Of a stretch of DNA of 64,000 nt, positions 29,522-41,281 are shown piece by piece. Made by a program: the position numbers and the translations under genes. Within the stretch, counting starts at the first letter, position 1. The number at the start of each line of letters is the position of its first letter. Source of the stretch: a virus; IMG/VR virus record IMGVR_UViG_3300045107_000413, positions 32,001 through 96,000 of that record; one strand, given 5' to 3'. The notes beneath the pieces were generated by a model. The model saw only the letters and a list, made by a program, of their open reading frames with translations. It did no database searches and was not told where the DNA came from.

Positions 29522-30703
29522 TCAGGCGACGGCAATACTGCTATAGGACGATAAACACAGCAGCGCCTCCTGACACAAAAACTCATACGTGGTGCCAGCG
29601 ATGTAGCGCCGCCCCCGGTCTACCTTGCGCTTGCCCATCTGAATGCTCTCCAGGCCCGCCAACCCCTGCTTGTTCAGCGCGCGTTGCCCTAAGATGTAGG
29701 ACGTTTGCGCAATGGTCGCGGCGGTGACTTGATCGGGGATTTGCGCCGTGTAGTCCGCCGTCACCACGTCGCTAGAGAGCAGGGGACTGGCAAAGGTCAC
29801 GCGCCCCTCGGTGTAGTTTGCGCTGTACCCACTGGCAAATACCGTGCCTGCCGGGTACGCAACAGCAGGGGTGAAACTGCTGATCGGCAGCGTCGTTGCC
29901 CCGGCACTTGCCCCAGGACTGGCAACGGTGACGATGAGGGCCGTTTGCCCCGTGCCGTCATTCACAATCAGGCTGCTCCCCTGTGTGATGGCCTGTGGCA
30001 GTGCCACCACAGGCAGTGACGTATAGGGCGTCCCTGCGGTAAGCGCGCTAGAAAGGGATGCTGCCACCTGCGGGATGCCGTTTTTGTAGATGACGGGCGG
30101 CACCGGCGGGAGCGTCTGCGGCTGGATAGAGAGGGCTTGCGTGTACGTCGTTGCCCAGAAGCCACGCGCAGCCGTGTAGTTCTTGAGATCACCGCTTGAG
30201 ACCGAGCCGTTCATGGCATAGGTGTTTGAGAGCGTATCCCCGTAAAAGGGGAGGTAGTACCCGCGTTCGTAATCAAGCTGAACAATAGGTGGATCGAGGC
30301 CAAGCATGGTGAGGACGGGCGCAAGGCTGTACGTGATGGAAGTCAGTGGCACAATCTCAATGTACCAGCCAAATTGATTATAGGCCACATCGCTATTTTG
30401 AATCGTTGCTACAAAGGGCGCACCGGTATTTGACATATTTGCAACCTGAATGTTATACCTGAGCGCACGTCTCACTGGTACGGGTACATTCGGGATACGT
30501 ACACGTCTTCTCTGTGGGTCCCACGGAAATTCAACCCATGCTACGCCTGGCTCGAAGCCCCCTAGACGGGGATCAAATGCCATAAATGCATCAACGTCCG
30601 TTTCTGCACGAGCAATAGAACGGGCAAGTACAGTATCAGTGATGTCAGAGGAAAAGAGTGCATCATCATATAAGCGTGCCATTGCAGGGGTGAGGTACTT
30701 CAT
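29522..30703 (-). CDS. Putative head-tail adaptor
   Basis: MKYLTP start with GGAGG RBS; C-terminal ADYTAQIPDQVTAAT; synteny. Confidence 0.7.
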   Translation of the reverse strand: MKYLTPAMARLYDDALFSSDITDTVLARSIARAETDVDAFMAFDPRLGGFEPGVAWVEFPWDPQRRRVRIPNVPVPVRRALRYNIQVANMSNTGAPFVATIQNSDVAYNQFGWYIEIVPLTSITYSLAPVLTMLGLDPPIVQLDYERGYYLPFYGDTLSNTYAMNGSVSSGDLKNYTAARGFWATTYTQALSIQPQTLPPVPPVIYKNGIPQVAASLSSALTAGTPYTSLPVVALPQAITQGSSLIVNDGTGQTALIVTVASPGASAGATTLPISSFTPAVAYPAGTVFASGYSANYTEGRVTFASPLLSSDVVTADYTAQIPDQVTAATIAQTSYILGQRALNKQGLAGLESIQMGKRKVDRGRRYIAGTTYEFLCQEALLCLSSYSSIAVA

Positions 30704-30861
30704 GCCGCACCTCCAAAAGTTCCATAACCTTGCTTCTGATGTGGCATGAGGCTTGACAGGCGAGCGGCTTTGTAGTATACTTGTTCTAAATAAACAAGTG
30801 TTTGCCTCTGCGAATGTGTCACCATCCCAGAGGCGTGACGATATGAAAGTGAGTTCATACC

Positions 30862-31896
30862 GTGAGTGATATTGTACCACAAAACCCGCCTGAACAAACT
30901 CCTCAACTTCCAAGAACTCCTGGCATCTATCATCTGCTCAACATCATTACGGCGCATTCTTACATCGGGTCTACCACAAACCTTCATAAACGAAAGACTG
31001 AACACCTGAATTCCTTGAAGAAGAATGTTCATCCCAACATTCACCTGCAACGTGCTTTTAACATTGATGGAGAGGCGGCATTTACATTTCAGGTACTTGA
31101 GCATGTGAGTGACCCCTCCCTTCTTTTAGAGCGTGAGCAGTATTGGATTGATACACTCAAGCCCGAATACAACATCAGCAAACTAGCCGCTACTAATCTT
31201 GGAACAAAGCGCACTCCTGAGCAACGTGAAAAAATGCGCAAAGCCCAACTAGGGAAGAAGCATCCTCCTGAATTTGGAGCTAAGATATCTGCTGCTAATC
31301 GTGGACACAAACATACCCCCGAAACTATTGCCAAGATATCTGCTGCAAAGAAGGGCAAGCCCTCAAAAAGTAAAGGGAGACCCAAGAGTGAAGAGACAAA
31401 AGAAAAGATACGTAAAGCCCAGGCTGGTAAACCACGAAATCCTGAATCTATTGCAAAGGCAAAAGCCACTCGCAGGGAGAGACCATATAAGCACACCTCT
31501 GAGGCCCGTGCAAAGATATCAGCAGCATCAAAAGACAGAGTAGTTAGCGAAGAAACACGTGCAAAACTAGCAGAGGTAAACAGGGGAAGAAAGCACACTT
31601 CTGAAGCACGTGCCAGGATGAGAGAGGCCCATAAGGACAAGCCTGGCCCTAATCTTGGGAAGCAATTTACCTCTGAGCATCGGGCAAATCTAAGTACCGC
31701 CCATAAAGGGAAACCAGCCTGGAATAAGGGAAGGACTTGTACCCCTGAAGAAAGAGAGAGGAATAGTGCTAGCAAAACAGGAAGTACATGGAGTCCCTTG
31801 CGCCGCGCCCGCTTTGAAGCCAAAAAGGAAGCCAAGAAAAAGGCACAGCAAGAAAACCAGCCTCCTACTTTATGGGACAATGAAGGCACTGTATAG
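30862..31896 (+). CDS. GIY-YIG homing endonuclease with many NUMOD3 repeats
   Basis: PGIYHL...YIGST..R...H...LQRAF...EREQYWID...PEYN; HTxEARAKIS repeats. Confidence 0.9.
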   Translation: MSDIVPQNPPEQTPQLPRTPGIYHLLNIITAHSYIGSTTNLHKRKTEHLNSLKKNVHPNIHLQRAFNIDGEAAFTFQVLEHVSDPSLLLEREQYWIDTLKPEYNISKLAATNLGTKRTPEQREKMRKAQLGKKHPPEFGAKISAANRGHKHTPETIAKISAAKKGKPSKSKGRPKSEETKEKIRKAQAGKPRNPESIAKAKATRRERPYKHTSEARAKISAASKDRVVSEETRAKLAEVNRGRKHTSEARARMREAHKDKPGPNLGKQFTSEHRANLSTAHKGKPAWNKGRTCTPEERERNSASKTGSTWSPLRRARFEAKKEAKKKAQQENQPPTLWDNEGTV

Positions 31897-32006
31897 TCCG
31901 TCTCCGCACGGGCAATGCTGCGAGGGAGAACAAGGTCAGTCACGTCACTGGAAAACAGCGCGTCATCAGAAAGCCGGGCCATTGCCGGTGTCAGATACTT
32001 TGGCAT
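31896..32006 (-). pseudogene. Stranded duplicate 5' fragment of the adaptor gene
   Basis: PKYLTPAMARLSDDALFSSDVTDLVLPRSIARAETD versus KYLTPAMARLYDDALFSSDITDTVLARSIARAETD. Confidence 0.8.
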
Positions 32007-32043
32007 GTCCTCATCCTCCCTTCCACATCACTCCCTCAATGCC

Positions 32044-32604
32044 CTACACTACCCCATCAATATAGGTGAGCGTATAATCCCCTGCCGTACCAGACAGCAC
32101 GGTATAGAACAGGCCATGGTCACAGACGCACGCGAACTCGAACACCTGCCCGGCTGCTGAGGGCTGGATGACCGCAAAGACGCCCGCGCTGGCAGGAAGG
32201 TCAGAGAGGCCCGGCGCGCCATTACGCAAGGTGATCGTCACGCCACTGCCCGGCTGATTGATGAGCAGCCGCCCCAGGTAGGTTGGGCTGCGGGAGACGA
32301 TGCTGTAGGCCCCGCTATGGTTGTTGGCGAAGTCGGCGCTAAAGGTGCCAGCCGAAAGGTTGACTGCACTCACCCGCACATTTTCTGCCGTCCCCGTTCC
32401 CCCTGCGATATTGAGCAGTTTACCTACCACGATGCCGGACATGCTGGCAGGGGTCACGACCACGCCCGCCCCTGCCGTAATTGTGGTGGCAGAGGTGGTA
32501 TTGACCGCCTGCCCTGCGCCAACAAAGGCGCTGCCACTGGTGAGCGCGTTCAGATGGAGGGGCGTGTATTCCCCGATGGGGGAAAGTGGCTGAAAACGTC
32601 CCAT
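32044..32604 (-). CDS. Putative capsid decoration protein
   Basis: Shares a VNTTSATTITAG...FANNHSGAY domain with 32608-33327. Confidence 0.6.
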   Translation of the reverse strand: MGRFQPLSPIGEYTPLHLNALTSGSAFVGAGQAVNTTSATTITAGAGVVVTPASMSGIVVGKLLNIAGGTGTAENVRVSAVNLSAGTFSADFANNHSGAYSIVSRSPTYLGRLLINQPGSGVTITLRNGAPGLSDLPASAGVFAVIQPSAAGQVFEFACVCDHGLFYTVLSGTAGDYTLTYIDGVV

Positions 32605-32607
32605 GCC

Positions 32608-33327
32608 CTAGCCTCGCGGTTGCAGGTTATTGATGCTTACATAGTCCAACTGTACCGTTGCCGCCGGGGAGGCCAGGCCCGTCGCGTCATTGCTGAGGCG
32701 TTGGATGGTCAGCACGTCCCCCGGCTGGATGATGGTGGCACTCGTGGGGGCAAGCACCTTCAACTGGCGTGGGGCATAGGCCGTCTCCGTCACGCCCGTC
32801 CCGTTGTAGGAGATTTGTGCCAAACCCGTCCCGACAATGGTGTATGCGCCGCTATGGTTGTTGGCAAAGGTTGCGGTGAAGGTGCCAGCCGCATAGGAAA
32901 CGGCGGTCACCACCACATACTCTGCCGTACCGGTGCCACCGGAGACGTAGAGGATGCTCCCGACCACAATGTTCTGCATACTGGCAGGCGTCACGACGAC
33001 GCCGGAGCCTGCCGTGATCGTGGTGGCGCTTGTCGTGTTCACCTGATTGAGGACCGTTCCCGCCCGGTACTGCCGGATGAGCCAGCTATAGAAGTGGGCG
33101 CTTGCCCCCGTCACTGCCGCCTCCGGCACAATCGTGACCGCCCGCAGGGAGATGGCATTGTAGGGAATGACGCCCTTATTGGTAGCGGACAACTGCGTCA
33201 GATCAGGGATGGTGAAGAGCGCGTACTCGTAGTCATTGGCTGAGCCTGCCGTCCCTGCCGGAATGCGTACCGGCGGGGCAAGCGGCAAGTCCACATAGGC
33301 CCCCACTAAACTCTGCACATGTACCAT
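32608..33327 (-). CDS. Putative capsid decoration protein
   Basis: Downstream of the major capsid gene; shares a domain with its neighbour. Confidence 0.6.
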   Translation of the reverse strand: MVHVQSLVGAYVDLPLAPPVRIPAGTAGSANDYEYALFTIPDLTQLSATNKGVIPYNAISLRAVTIVPEAAVTGASAHFYSWLIRQYRAGTVLNQVNTTSATTITAGSGVVVTPASMQNIVVGSILYVSGGTGTAEYVVVTAVSYAAGTFTATFANNHSGAYTIVGTGLAQISYNGTGVTETAYAPRQLKVLAPTSATIIQPGDVLTIQRLSNDATGLASPAATVQLDYVSINNLQPRG

Positions 33328-33329
33328 TG

Positions 33330-33794
33330 CTACACCTCTTCCTTGCGGCTGGTCAGTTCATTGAGCATCTGCCGCGCTAAGGCCTCGGCCTTTTCGCGCC
33401 CAACGAGGGCAATGAACTTCTCCGGGTCAAGCATGGCAAGGGCCTGTGCCACATTGCCGGGGGCAAGCGGGTCGCGTCCGAGCGCGCGCGCAAAATCGGC
33501 GGGTTCGGCGTTATTGGGGAAAATGTGGGATTTATCGACCAGGCCGCGCTTTGTCCAGGCCAATGCATCCTTGTAGGGGATGTTACGCAGCACGCCGCCG
33601 GTTGCCGTGTAGCCGTCAAAGAGGCTCACACGGTCAAGGGGGAGTGCTGGCGTACCCCAACCCCTGAGTACCACGCACACAGGGTCATCTGGCTCAAAGG
33701 TGGGTGCGGCGGGCTGTGCGGGTGCCACCTGCTTGACTGGCATTGCCGCGTCCTGAACTGGCTTTGTCTCTTCTTTTTCTAAGAGAACTGTCAT
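33330..33794 (-). CDS. Head-region hypothetical protein
   Basis: GGAGG RBS; co-oriented. Confidence 0.55.
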   Translation of the reverse strand: MTVLLEKEETKPVQDAAMPVKQVAPAQPAAPTFEPDDPVCVVLRGWGTPALPLDRVSLFDGYTATGGVLRNIPYKDALAWTKRGLVDKSHIFPNNAEPADFARALGRDPLAPGNVAQALAMLDPEKFIALVGREKAEALARQMLNELTSRKEEV

Positions 33795-33884
33795 ACTTCT
33801 TCCTCCCGGCGCGGGCGCGTTTCGCTGCTGCGTTGGCGCCCGCGCGCTTGCACTACTTTTTCTCATCAGACACCAGCCAATTCA

Positions 33885-35141
33885 TTAACTGTAGACGCGC
33901 CTGACCTTGCCCATGAAGAGCGGGGCATTGATTTCCAGACCCCAGAGGCCGAAGATGATATAGCGTGAACTGAGCTGGTTATCCACGCCGGAGGGGATTT
34001 CCAGCACGGTAAAGCCGTCCTTATAGAGCCAGCGCAGCATCGTGTGACGGGTATCGATGACGTAGAGATCTTCTACCGTCGCACCCGTCGTCGGGCTGGT
34101 GTAGGTTCCCATCGTGGAGCCGGGGCAGGGCAAGATGTCCAGCAGGCCATCGGCGGCAAGGATTTGATTGGCGCGCACGCCGGGGATAATCTCATTCTGG
34201 TTATCGTTGTAGCGGCGGTTATCCTGATTCTCCTGATCCAACGCCTCTTTGGCGCGCATGGTGGACAGCACCAGATTCGGATGCCCGCCGTTATCCGCAG
34301 AGCGCGCACTGATGCTCTGAATGGACCTGGTGAGGTTCAGTGTTCCCTGGTCAAGCTGAATGGCATTGTCACTACTATAGTTTGTGCTGGCAACTGCACC
34401 CAGAATCATGCGCATGCCGTCAAAGCCGTTGGCATTGTAGTTGCCTGCCTCGCTGGTCAGGGTACCGGAAGAATAGGAGCCATTGCCCTGAAACAGGTAG
34501 TATTGCACATCACGGGACAGGACAATGAGGCCATTATTTATTTCAGTTGCCAGCGGGTTATAGGGTGCGCCGCCTGCCGCAACTGCCGCCTGCTCCTTGA
34601 AGGACACGCCACGCCCGGTGGCCAGCACCGCAATGGAGGTGGTCTGCCGCGCAAGGGTGGTCTGGTTGTAGCCCACGTTGCCAAGTTCAGAAATGGCTGT
34701 GCTGCCGAGGCTGTTTCCATCAGGTGCAGACATAATATTATAGGCATGCACGAGTCCATTTGACTGCCCATGTGGGATGACATCATATGCTGGAAACTGC
34801 GTCACGAACTGCGCGATGAGCGGGGCTTCCAGGTCTTGTCGAATCATCACCGAGCCGCCGGAGGTCCCGCCGCCGGTTGAGTCAAGGATGGACTTCGTAT
34901 GCACGTTATTGCGCAGGGCGTCCTCCATCCCTTCATAGGAGAGCATTTCACCCAGGACACGTTTGGTCAACTCACGCTGTTCCTCACGCTGCTCTCTGGT
35001 CTGCGGAGTATGGGCAGCATGAACAAAGTAGTCATTGACCTGCTTTGGGGTGAACTCTTTCAAGAGAGTTCGGACTTGCTTATCCCGCTTCTGAATATAC
35101 TGTGGGTCTCGCGGGTGCAAGGTTGTGGTAATAGGTTCCAC
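33885..35141 (-). CDS. Major capsid protein
   Basis: MIRQDLE...YYLFQGN...NGFDGM pattern; size and synteny. Confidence 0.78.
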   Translation of the reverse strand: MEPITTTLHPRDPQYIQKRDKQVRTLLKEFTPKQVNDYFVHAAHTPQTREQREEQRELTKRVLGEMLSYEGMEDALRNNVHTKSILDSTGGGTSGGSVMIRQDLEAPLIAQFVTQFPAYDVIPHGQSNGLVHAYNIMSAPDGNSLGSTAISELGNVGYNQTTLARQTTSIAVLATGRGVSFKEQAAVAAGGAPYNPLATEINNGLIVLSRDVQYYLFQGNGSYSSGTLTSEAGNYNANGFDGMRMILGAVASTNYSSDNAIQLDQGTLNLTRSIQSISARSADNGGHPNLVLSTMRAKEALDQENQDNRRYNDNQNEIIPGVRANQILAADGLLDILPCPGSTMGTYTSPTTGATVEDLYVIDTRHTMLRWLYKDGFTVLEIPSGVDNQLSSRYIIFGLWGLEINAPLFMGKVRRVYS

Positions 35142-35837
35142 CTGGCATCATCCTGACATCACTTCTAACCCATCCACTGATGCCGTGGCTTGCTATCTTG
35201 ACGCCTTAGCTGAGAGGCAGCCGAAGGCGGGAATTGCGCATGCTGCACATTCTTCGGGGTATGCTCTGCCTGACACATCTATCAGGCATCACGGGTCAGT
35301 CATTGCTGTTTGCCCGTCTAGCAAAAGAATAGCACAACAGGAGAGATTCTGCAAGGAGTATGCTAGAATAGAGGCAAAGAGAAGGAGGAAGACTATGACC
35401 GACAAATACCCCGTGACGGAATGTTCCGTCTCTCCATCTGTCCTGTTTCGCTGTCGCTTCTGTCAAGGTTGGATTGAGTCACGGCAAAGCGGCCCCTATC
35501 ACGTCTCAACGACGGACGCTTGTTCATGCTGCGGGGCGGGCTATCAGATAGACTGGCAAGAGGGACGTGACCAACCGGTGATCGTCATGTGGGAGCGGGA
35601 GGCAGAGGAGACAGTATGATACTCTTTTTGCCTCATCCATCCTATACAATCATCACGGTTTGTCGGGGAACTGCCTGTACCGTCTATGAGATTGCGCCAG
35701 CATATCCCCTCTGGTACGTCATTGCCGTCTATGTGCTGGCAGTCTGCGTGATTGTCCTGCTTATTGCTGTGCTGTGGGACATTGGCAGAACGCTCTGGAA
35801 AGAACACAAGCAACAGAAAGAAAGTGAGTGAGACACC

Positions 35838-36335
35838 ATGAGAGAAGCAGATGCATGGGAACAAATACAAACCATAGAACAAGGTATGAAACTCATCCAT
35901 GAGATGAACTGGAAAGACATGACTACGCAGCAGAAAAATCGGTTCATTGCAGAAGCACTCTTCGGGCATGAGATATATGCTGCCTTTGCGCCGGGAAGTG
36001 AAACGGAACTGGACTACGGGATGTTTGTTTCTGATGCTCGTGGAGTGAGGCGTATTGAGGCTATCCCGCCCTATAGCACCAGCATGGATGCAGCATGGCA
36101 GGTGTTACAGGCACTCAAAGAGCAAGAAAAGCGCCTGCCTGAGCGGGAAAAACATCATCTTTCCAGTGCCTTTATGCAAGCCCTTGACACGCACTGGCAT
36201 GACGACTGGGGTTTGCCCGTCCTCGGTTTCTGGAACCTTGTTCATCTCACCCCTGAACGTATTTGCTATGCCGCCTGCCGCGCTATCGGGGTACTGGACG
36301 CGGAGGGCAACGTGCAAGAGAAGGAGACGGTATGA
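35838..36335 (+). CDS. Phage ABA-sandwich-like protein
   Basis: NRFIAEALFG...IPPYSTSMDAAWQV...PERICYAA. Confidence 0.65.
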   Translation: MREADAWEQIQTIEQGMKLIHEMNWKDMTTQQKNRFIAEALFGHEIYAAFAPGSETELDYGMFVSDARGVRRIEAIPPYSTSMDAAWQVLQALKEQEKRLPEREKHHLSSAFMQALDTHWHDDWGLPVLGFWNLVHLTPERICYAACRAIGVLDAEGNVQEKETV

Positions 36336-39300
36336 ACTACCCACAGACCACCGCAGACTTTGAAGCCATCTACTACCCCGACGGGCAATGTGCCGCTGTC
36401 TGGCAATGCAGTAACAGGGGCGTGGTGCTGGCCTATGACCCGTTCTCACCGGAAGTTGCCATGTGGTTCTGTGAGCAGTGCTGGCAAGAGTACGAGCAAG
36501 ATGGGTTCGACTGGCTGACGATTGTTGAGGACAGGAGAGGACAGGGATGATAGTCGCCTTTATTGTTGTGTTTATCATTATTATCCTCACCTGTCTCTGC
36601 ATGGCACTTGCTACCCCGCCTGATGTCAAGCGGTTTATTCCGCCAGCCAGTCACACCCCACAGGTCACGCCTACCCCTGATGCCTTCCCGTTGCACTATC
36701 AGAGTCCCTATCTCCCGCCACAACACCCGCCACAGGTCATTGCTTTGCCCATCTCCCCCTACACCGGACAGGAATATGACCCGGCATGGTTCAGCGAGAT
36801 GGGCGGCGGGCAATCCAACCGCGCCACGCTTGCCCTGATGAAGCACATAGAGCGGGAGATTGACGGGCGCAAGGGCGGCGTACCGAAGGATGAGCCGGAA
36901 TACGAACAGGTACAGGCCCCATATCCAGAAAGTGAGCAGTAGATGAGTCTCTTCCCACAGGATGACATCCGCAGGGCTTTGCGTATGACAGGTATCGCTC
37001 ATACAGAAGAGGATGTACTGGCGATACTGGCAACGGGCGGAGCGTTTGCAGGCAATATATGCCATCTTATTGCGAATAACCCGCTTGCCATGAGCGAGCA
37101 GACGCGCCATGATGCAAAGGAAGTGCTGCAACAGATGCTTGAGGAAGCGCGCACACAGGAGAAGCGCAGGGAGCGACAAAGCCGTGCTGACTTCCTCAAG
37201 CACATTGACCCGGCATCAGGTGGGAAATGCAACTGGAAGGGGTGTGATGCGCTGGCAAAGACACGGGCAACCATCCGCCGTCCTGATGCGCCTGACATGG
37301 AGGTGCGCTTTTGCCGGACGCACTGGCTGGAAGTGACGGACTTCTTCTTTGCATTGGAACGGGAAGAGGCAGATAGACAGGCGTTAGCAGGAGAGTGAGC
37401 AATGGGTGAACGCAACTGGTACCGTCGCTATCATGATGCCCGTGCCTATGCTGATGAGCAGGCAGAGGCATATGAGCGCGGGGAAACTATCCAGAACTGG
37501 CGACAGGTATCCGAACAGGGAACAGATCAGCGTCGTGAACTGCTGACGGGCGCAGCGTGGGTAGCATGGGCCTATCAAATCGCAGCAGAGAACGCCACTT
37601 CGCTGGTGCATGCACGAGGAAAGCAGTGGCAGTACCTTGTTGATGAGTGTGGGCGACTGACACAAGCCTATCAGGAGAAAGCCTCTCATGAATGATGTGC
37701 AATGCGCCTGTCCCGCCGCCGATGCACGGCTCTGTATTGCTATCCGCTATAACTGTGATCTTGAGGATGTAGAACGGGATGAGGAGTACCCGTGCTGTTG
37801 CCATAGCAGAGAAGAGGATGACGATACGGAAGAATGGCAACAGTTCGTAAGAGAAATCGGCACGGCTATTCACCAGTTGCGGGTAGATATGGGCTGGACG
37901 GTGTAGCGAAGGATAGGCAATGGATGAGGAACAGGAAGCCCGACAACTGGCAATGCAGACCATGATGACGCAGAGAGAGGCGCGGGCATTCCTCTCTCTG
38001 GTGGCTGACTGGCAGCGCAATCACCCCGTCAGTGAGGCGGCAATGGCAGAGATCAAACAGACAGCGATAGAAAGCGCCTATTGCAGCAATGACAGCCCGC
38101 TTGCGGTACTTCAGGCGCTCTATCAGGCATACAAATGGAGTTCAAAGCGGGGATGAGGCGGTTAGAACGGGAAGCAGGTCAGAGCCTTGAGGGGCTGAGA
38201 AGCATTGATTTTCAGGCGTGGCTTGATATGACAAAGGAGAGCAATAATGCCTGATAAACTTGACACCGTGCAAGAACTCGCAAAAATTCGCCATGACCTA
38301 CTCGTCTGGGCGGGTTATCATCGTGGCACAGGCATCAGCGAAGAAGCCATGCCGCGCTTTCATGAGATTATTGACCATCTCTCTCTGCTCATCCCTGAGA
38401 CCGTCATCGTACAAGGTGGCACGTGTTGGGCCTGTGGCATGTGGGGGCAAGATATGACATGGTGGCATGTGGGACTGTATGGAGATGACGGCAAGATGCA
38501 TCTCAACAAGCGCATGAGTTATCTCATCCATAAGGGCAAGGAGTGTACGCGACTGGCAGAGGAGAAAGCGACGGCTGAGTACAGAGAGCAGGAGAAACAG
38601 CGTAGCAATGAACAGGATATGGGATATGACCAACGCCCCTGAGTCTGAACAGAGAAAGGCCCTCTTCTTGCTCTCAGGAGATGAGCAATGGTTACAAATC
38701 AGCACGCCGTTAGAAGAGGCTATCCTGAAAGCGGCACAGGAAGGGTCTGATGACCTTGATGCGCTGCTACAGGAAGCATGTGAGCAGTTGGATGAGGACG
38801 TAGCAAATGGCCTGCTGGATAAGGTAGAGCAGATTATGCGGGAGAAAGTATATGATGCACGGAAATGGAGGATAGATGAACATGGACAATAACTTCCTTT
38901 CAGCAGACCAGTTCTGGCATCTCTACCAGCAACAGGACAGACGCCGCTTGCTCTATGGAGAATGGTTGATAGAGACAGAAGAGGAAGCGCAGTTACGGGA
39001 ACTGGCAGCATACTACCATACCATCTGTGACGCCTATGACCGCCGTGTGTGCAGTGGTATCTTACTCCGAACAGGTGAAGCCATGCCCATGACAAGAGAA
39101 GAAGTACAGTTGGTGAACCGTCATGCCTTTGCCGTGCGAACACAGGTCATGCGGATGGCGGCAGAATATGGTTTTACAGAGCGGCAGGTGCATGAGGCAA
39201 TCAAGCGATATGCGAGGTGAGAGATGAAACTGATTGAGGCCCTTGTGGTGGCACAGCAGGAATACGGCATCTATGGGGACTGGAAAGCCATCCACGCCTA

Positions 39301-39471
39301 CAACTACACGCTCGGACGCGCCCCTGGTGGCATGTATCTGGCCTTTGCAGGCGCGGCCCTCGTCTCGCAAAGTGAGCGACTGGAAACAGTGCTTGCCGCA
39401 CTTGGGGAAGAGTACCCGCAGGTGCTAGGAGACGAACGTTGGAAAGTGTCACGGTGGGAGGAGCAAAAACC

Positions 39472-39855
39472 ATGAAGCCCCTCAAATTCCGTGCATGGAC
39501 GGGCAAGCAGATGCTGTATCAGGACAAGCAATATCTTGCCTCCTTTATTCGGCACGTGGTGCTACAAATCAACCTTGACAGTGAGCGTGGTTTTCAGCGG
39601 GCGCATGAGGCGTATTTGCCGGATGGGAAGAGTATTGATGACTACCTGCTGCAATGGACGGGCCCGCTGGACATAGCAGGCAAAGAAATATATGTGGGAG
39701 ATATTGTCCAGTTCCAGACCTTTGATGGATGGGGCATTGTGCGCTTTTGCGCCCCTGCGTTTGTAGCATCAGACCACTCTTTGCGCGGCTATGAGGTAGA
39801 GGTAGTGGGGAATATCTATGAGACACCGGAACTGCTGAAAGAGGTGAGGGCATGA
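39472..39855 (+). CDS. YopX-family protein
   Basis: KFRAW...QWTG..D..GKEIYVGDIV...EVVGNIYETPELL. Confidence 0.88.
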   Translation: MKPLKFRAWTGKQMLYQDKQYLASFIRHVVLQINLDSERGFQRAHEAYLPDGKSIDDYLLQWTGPLDIAGKEIYVGDIVQFQTFDGWGIVRFCAPAFVASDHSLRGYEVEVVGNIYETPELLKEVRA

Positions 39856-40612
39856 TAGAACTGCTCTTGATGGTAAGTCAGGGCAATGATGACTATCAGG
39901 TTGCCAGTGCGCTCATGCTTGCCGTTCCCAGAGTAGGGGAACATCTCAGTGTCAGCATGAGCAGTCCCTATTCAACGGCCAATCCCATCAACGGGGCGCA
40001 CTTTCTTGTCAAGTCAGTGACCTATCACCTACTCAATACTACGCCCGTTCAGGGCTGGATGAACCCGTATCGGGGCATGGAGTCTACAATGGTAGAGGTG
40101 ATAGTAGAGCCATTGGATGAGCAAACAACCGCATACGTTCAGCGCGTCATCCAAGAACAGAGCGAGCAGGCACTATGAGTGAATTGCGAGACGGGGAATA
40201 CCTCGATCATGGTACCATTACCGTCACCTACCACTGGCGGCATGATCGTTCTGTTGAGGATGAAACCAGCCAACTACTGCACCTGCATTTCACGCAGACG
40301 AACACCCGCTTCTTTGTACGCCATGCCACCGTGCAGGAGCCGATACGCGGCATCGGGAAATTTCTGGATGAGGCGATACTGGACTACCTGAAGCATAAAC
40401 TCAGCCCGTTTGATCGGTGAGAGGCAAGAGAATGGAGAGTGACCTGCACTGGCTTCCCATTGAGCCATCACCAGAAGAAATCGCGTGGGCAAAGCATGGA
40501 AGCCGTGCGGCAGGGCTATCTTCAGGCATTTGCCCTGCCGCCTGAACGGCTTGAGGAACTGCTGGCAGAGATGGACACGAACAGGGTGTATGGGCAGCAT
40601 CAGTCTATCACA

Positions 40613-40647
40613 AAGCCACCTTCCCTCGATTAGTGGGAAGGTGGCTT
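40613..40647. terminator. 13-bp hairpin at the distal end of the array
   Basis: aagccaccttccc / gggaaggtggctt between convergent units. Confidence 0.65.
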
Positions 40648-41281
40648 ACTCGTCTTTTCTGTCTGTTCGTTCTGTTTGGCTCACTCTTCTTGTATGCCCT
40701 CTCAGCTTTGTTGGCTCGCTCTGTCTATATACCCGTTCAACACCGATGGCTCATTCACCCATGTTGCCTGCTCACACTCTTTTATTCACTCCGATTATTT
40801 GCCTGCTCAGCCTCAATGGTTCGCTCTTCTCGTATGCTCTTCATTCCGTGTGACTCGCTTACGTCTTTGCCCTGTTCTCATCTCTGGCTCGTTCACATCC
40901 CATTGCCGTCTCTTGCTCGTTGACTCATTCTGCTCCCATGCCCCTTCATTGCACATGACTCGCTTCTGGCTTGTGCCTGTTCACAACCTCTGGCTCACTC
41001 CCTTTTTCCTGCCTGTTCCTCTCTTGTGGTTCACTCTACTTTTGTGTCTGCTCACCTCAAATGGCTCACTCGCAGTCTATGCCTGCTCTGTTGATGTGGT
41101 TCACTCTGCTGATATGTCCGCTCTTCGTTTGTGGCTCACTCAACCACCATGTCCTCTCAGTGTTGTTGGCTCATTCACCTGTTCTGCCTGCTCATTTCCT
41201 ATGACTCACTCACACTCCCTGCCTGCTCGATTCTTATGATTCGCTCTGACTCTCTGGTATCTCAACGCTTCTGATTCATTC
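40642..41281 (-). repeat. TIGR-like dual-repeat guide array, 18 units of ~35 nt
   Basis: Plus-strand consensus TGGCTCACTC-N8-TGCCTGCTC-N8; starts at 40642, 40677, 40712 ... 41237, 41272; variable segments differ between units. Confidence 0.88.

Larger units (their letters stand above)
35395..40633 (+). other. Cluster of roughly 17 small, tightly packed phage hypothetical genes
   Basis: Successive overlapping ORFs with RBSs, opposite to the virion genes. Confidence 0.75.

Noticed and set aside
31089-32006. 305-aa minus-strand protein
   Set aside because: Beyond ~37 codons it is the antisense shadow of the NUMOD3 endonuclease
40485-41239. Plus-strand hydrophobic ORFs over the array
   Set aside because: Explained by the pyrimidine-rich 35-nt repeat, whose period is not a multiple of three
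40642-41281. CRISPR array
   Set aside because: Repeats are 9-10 nt and alternate with 8-nt spacers; no cas genes seen
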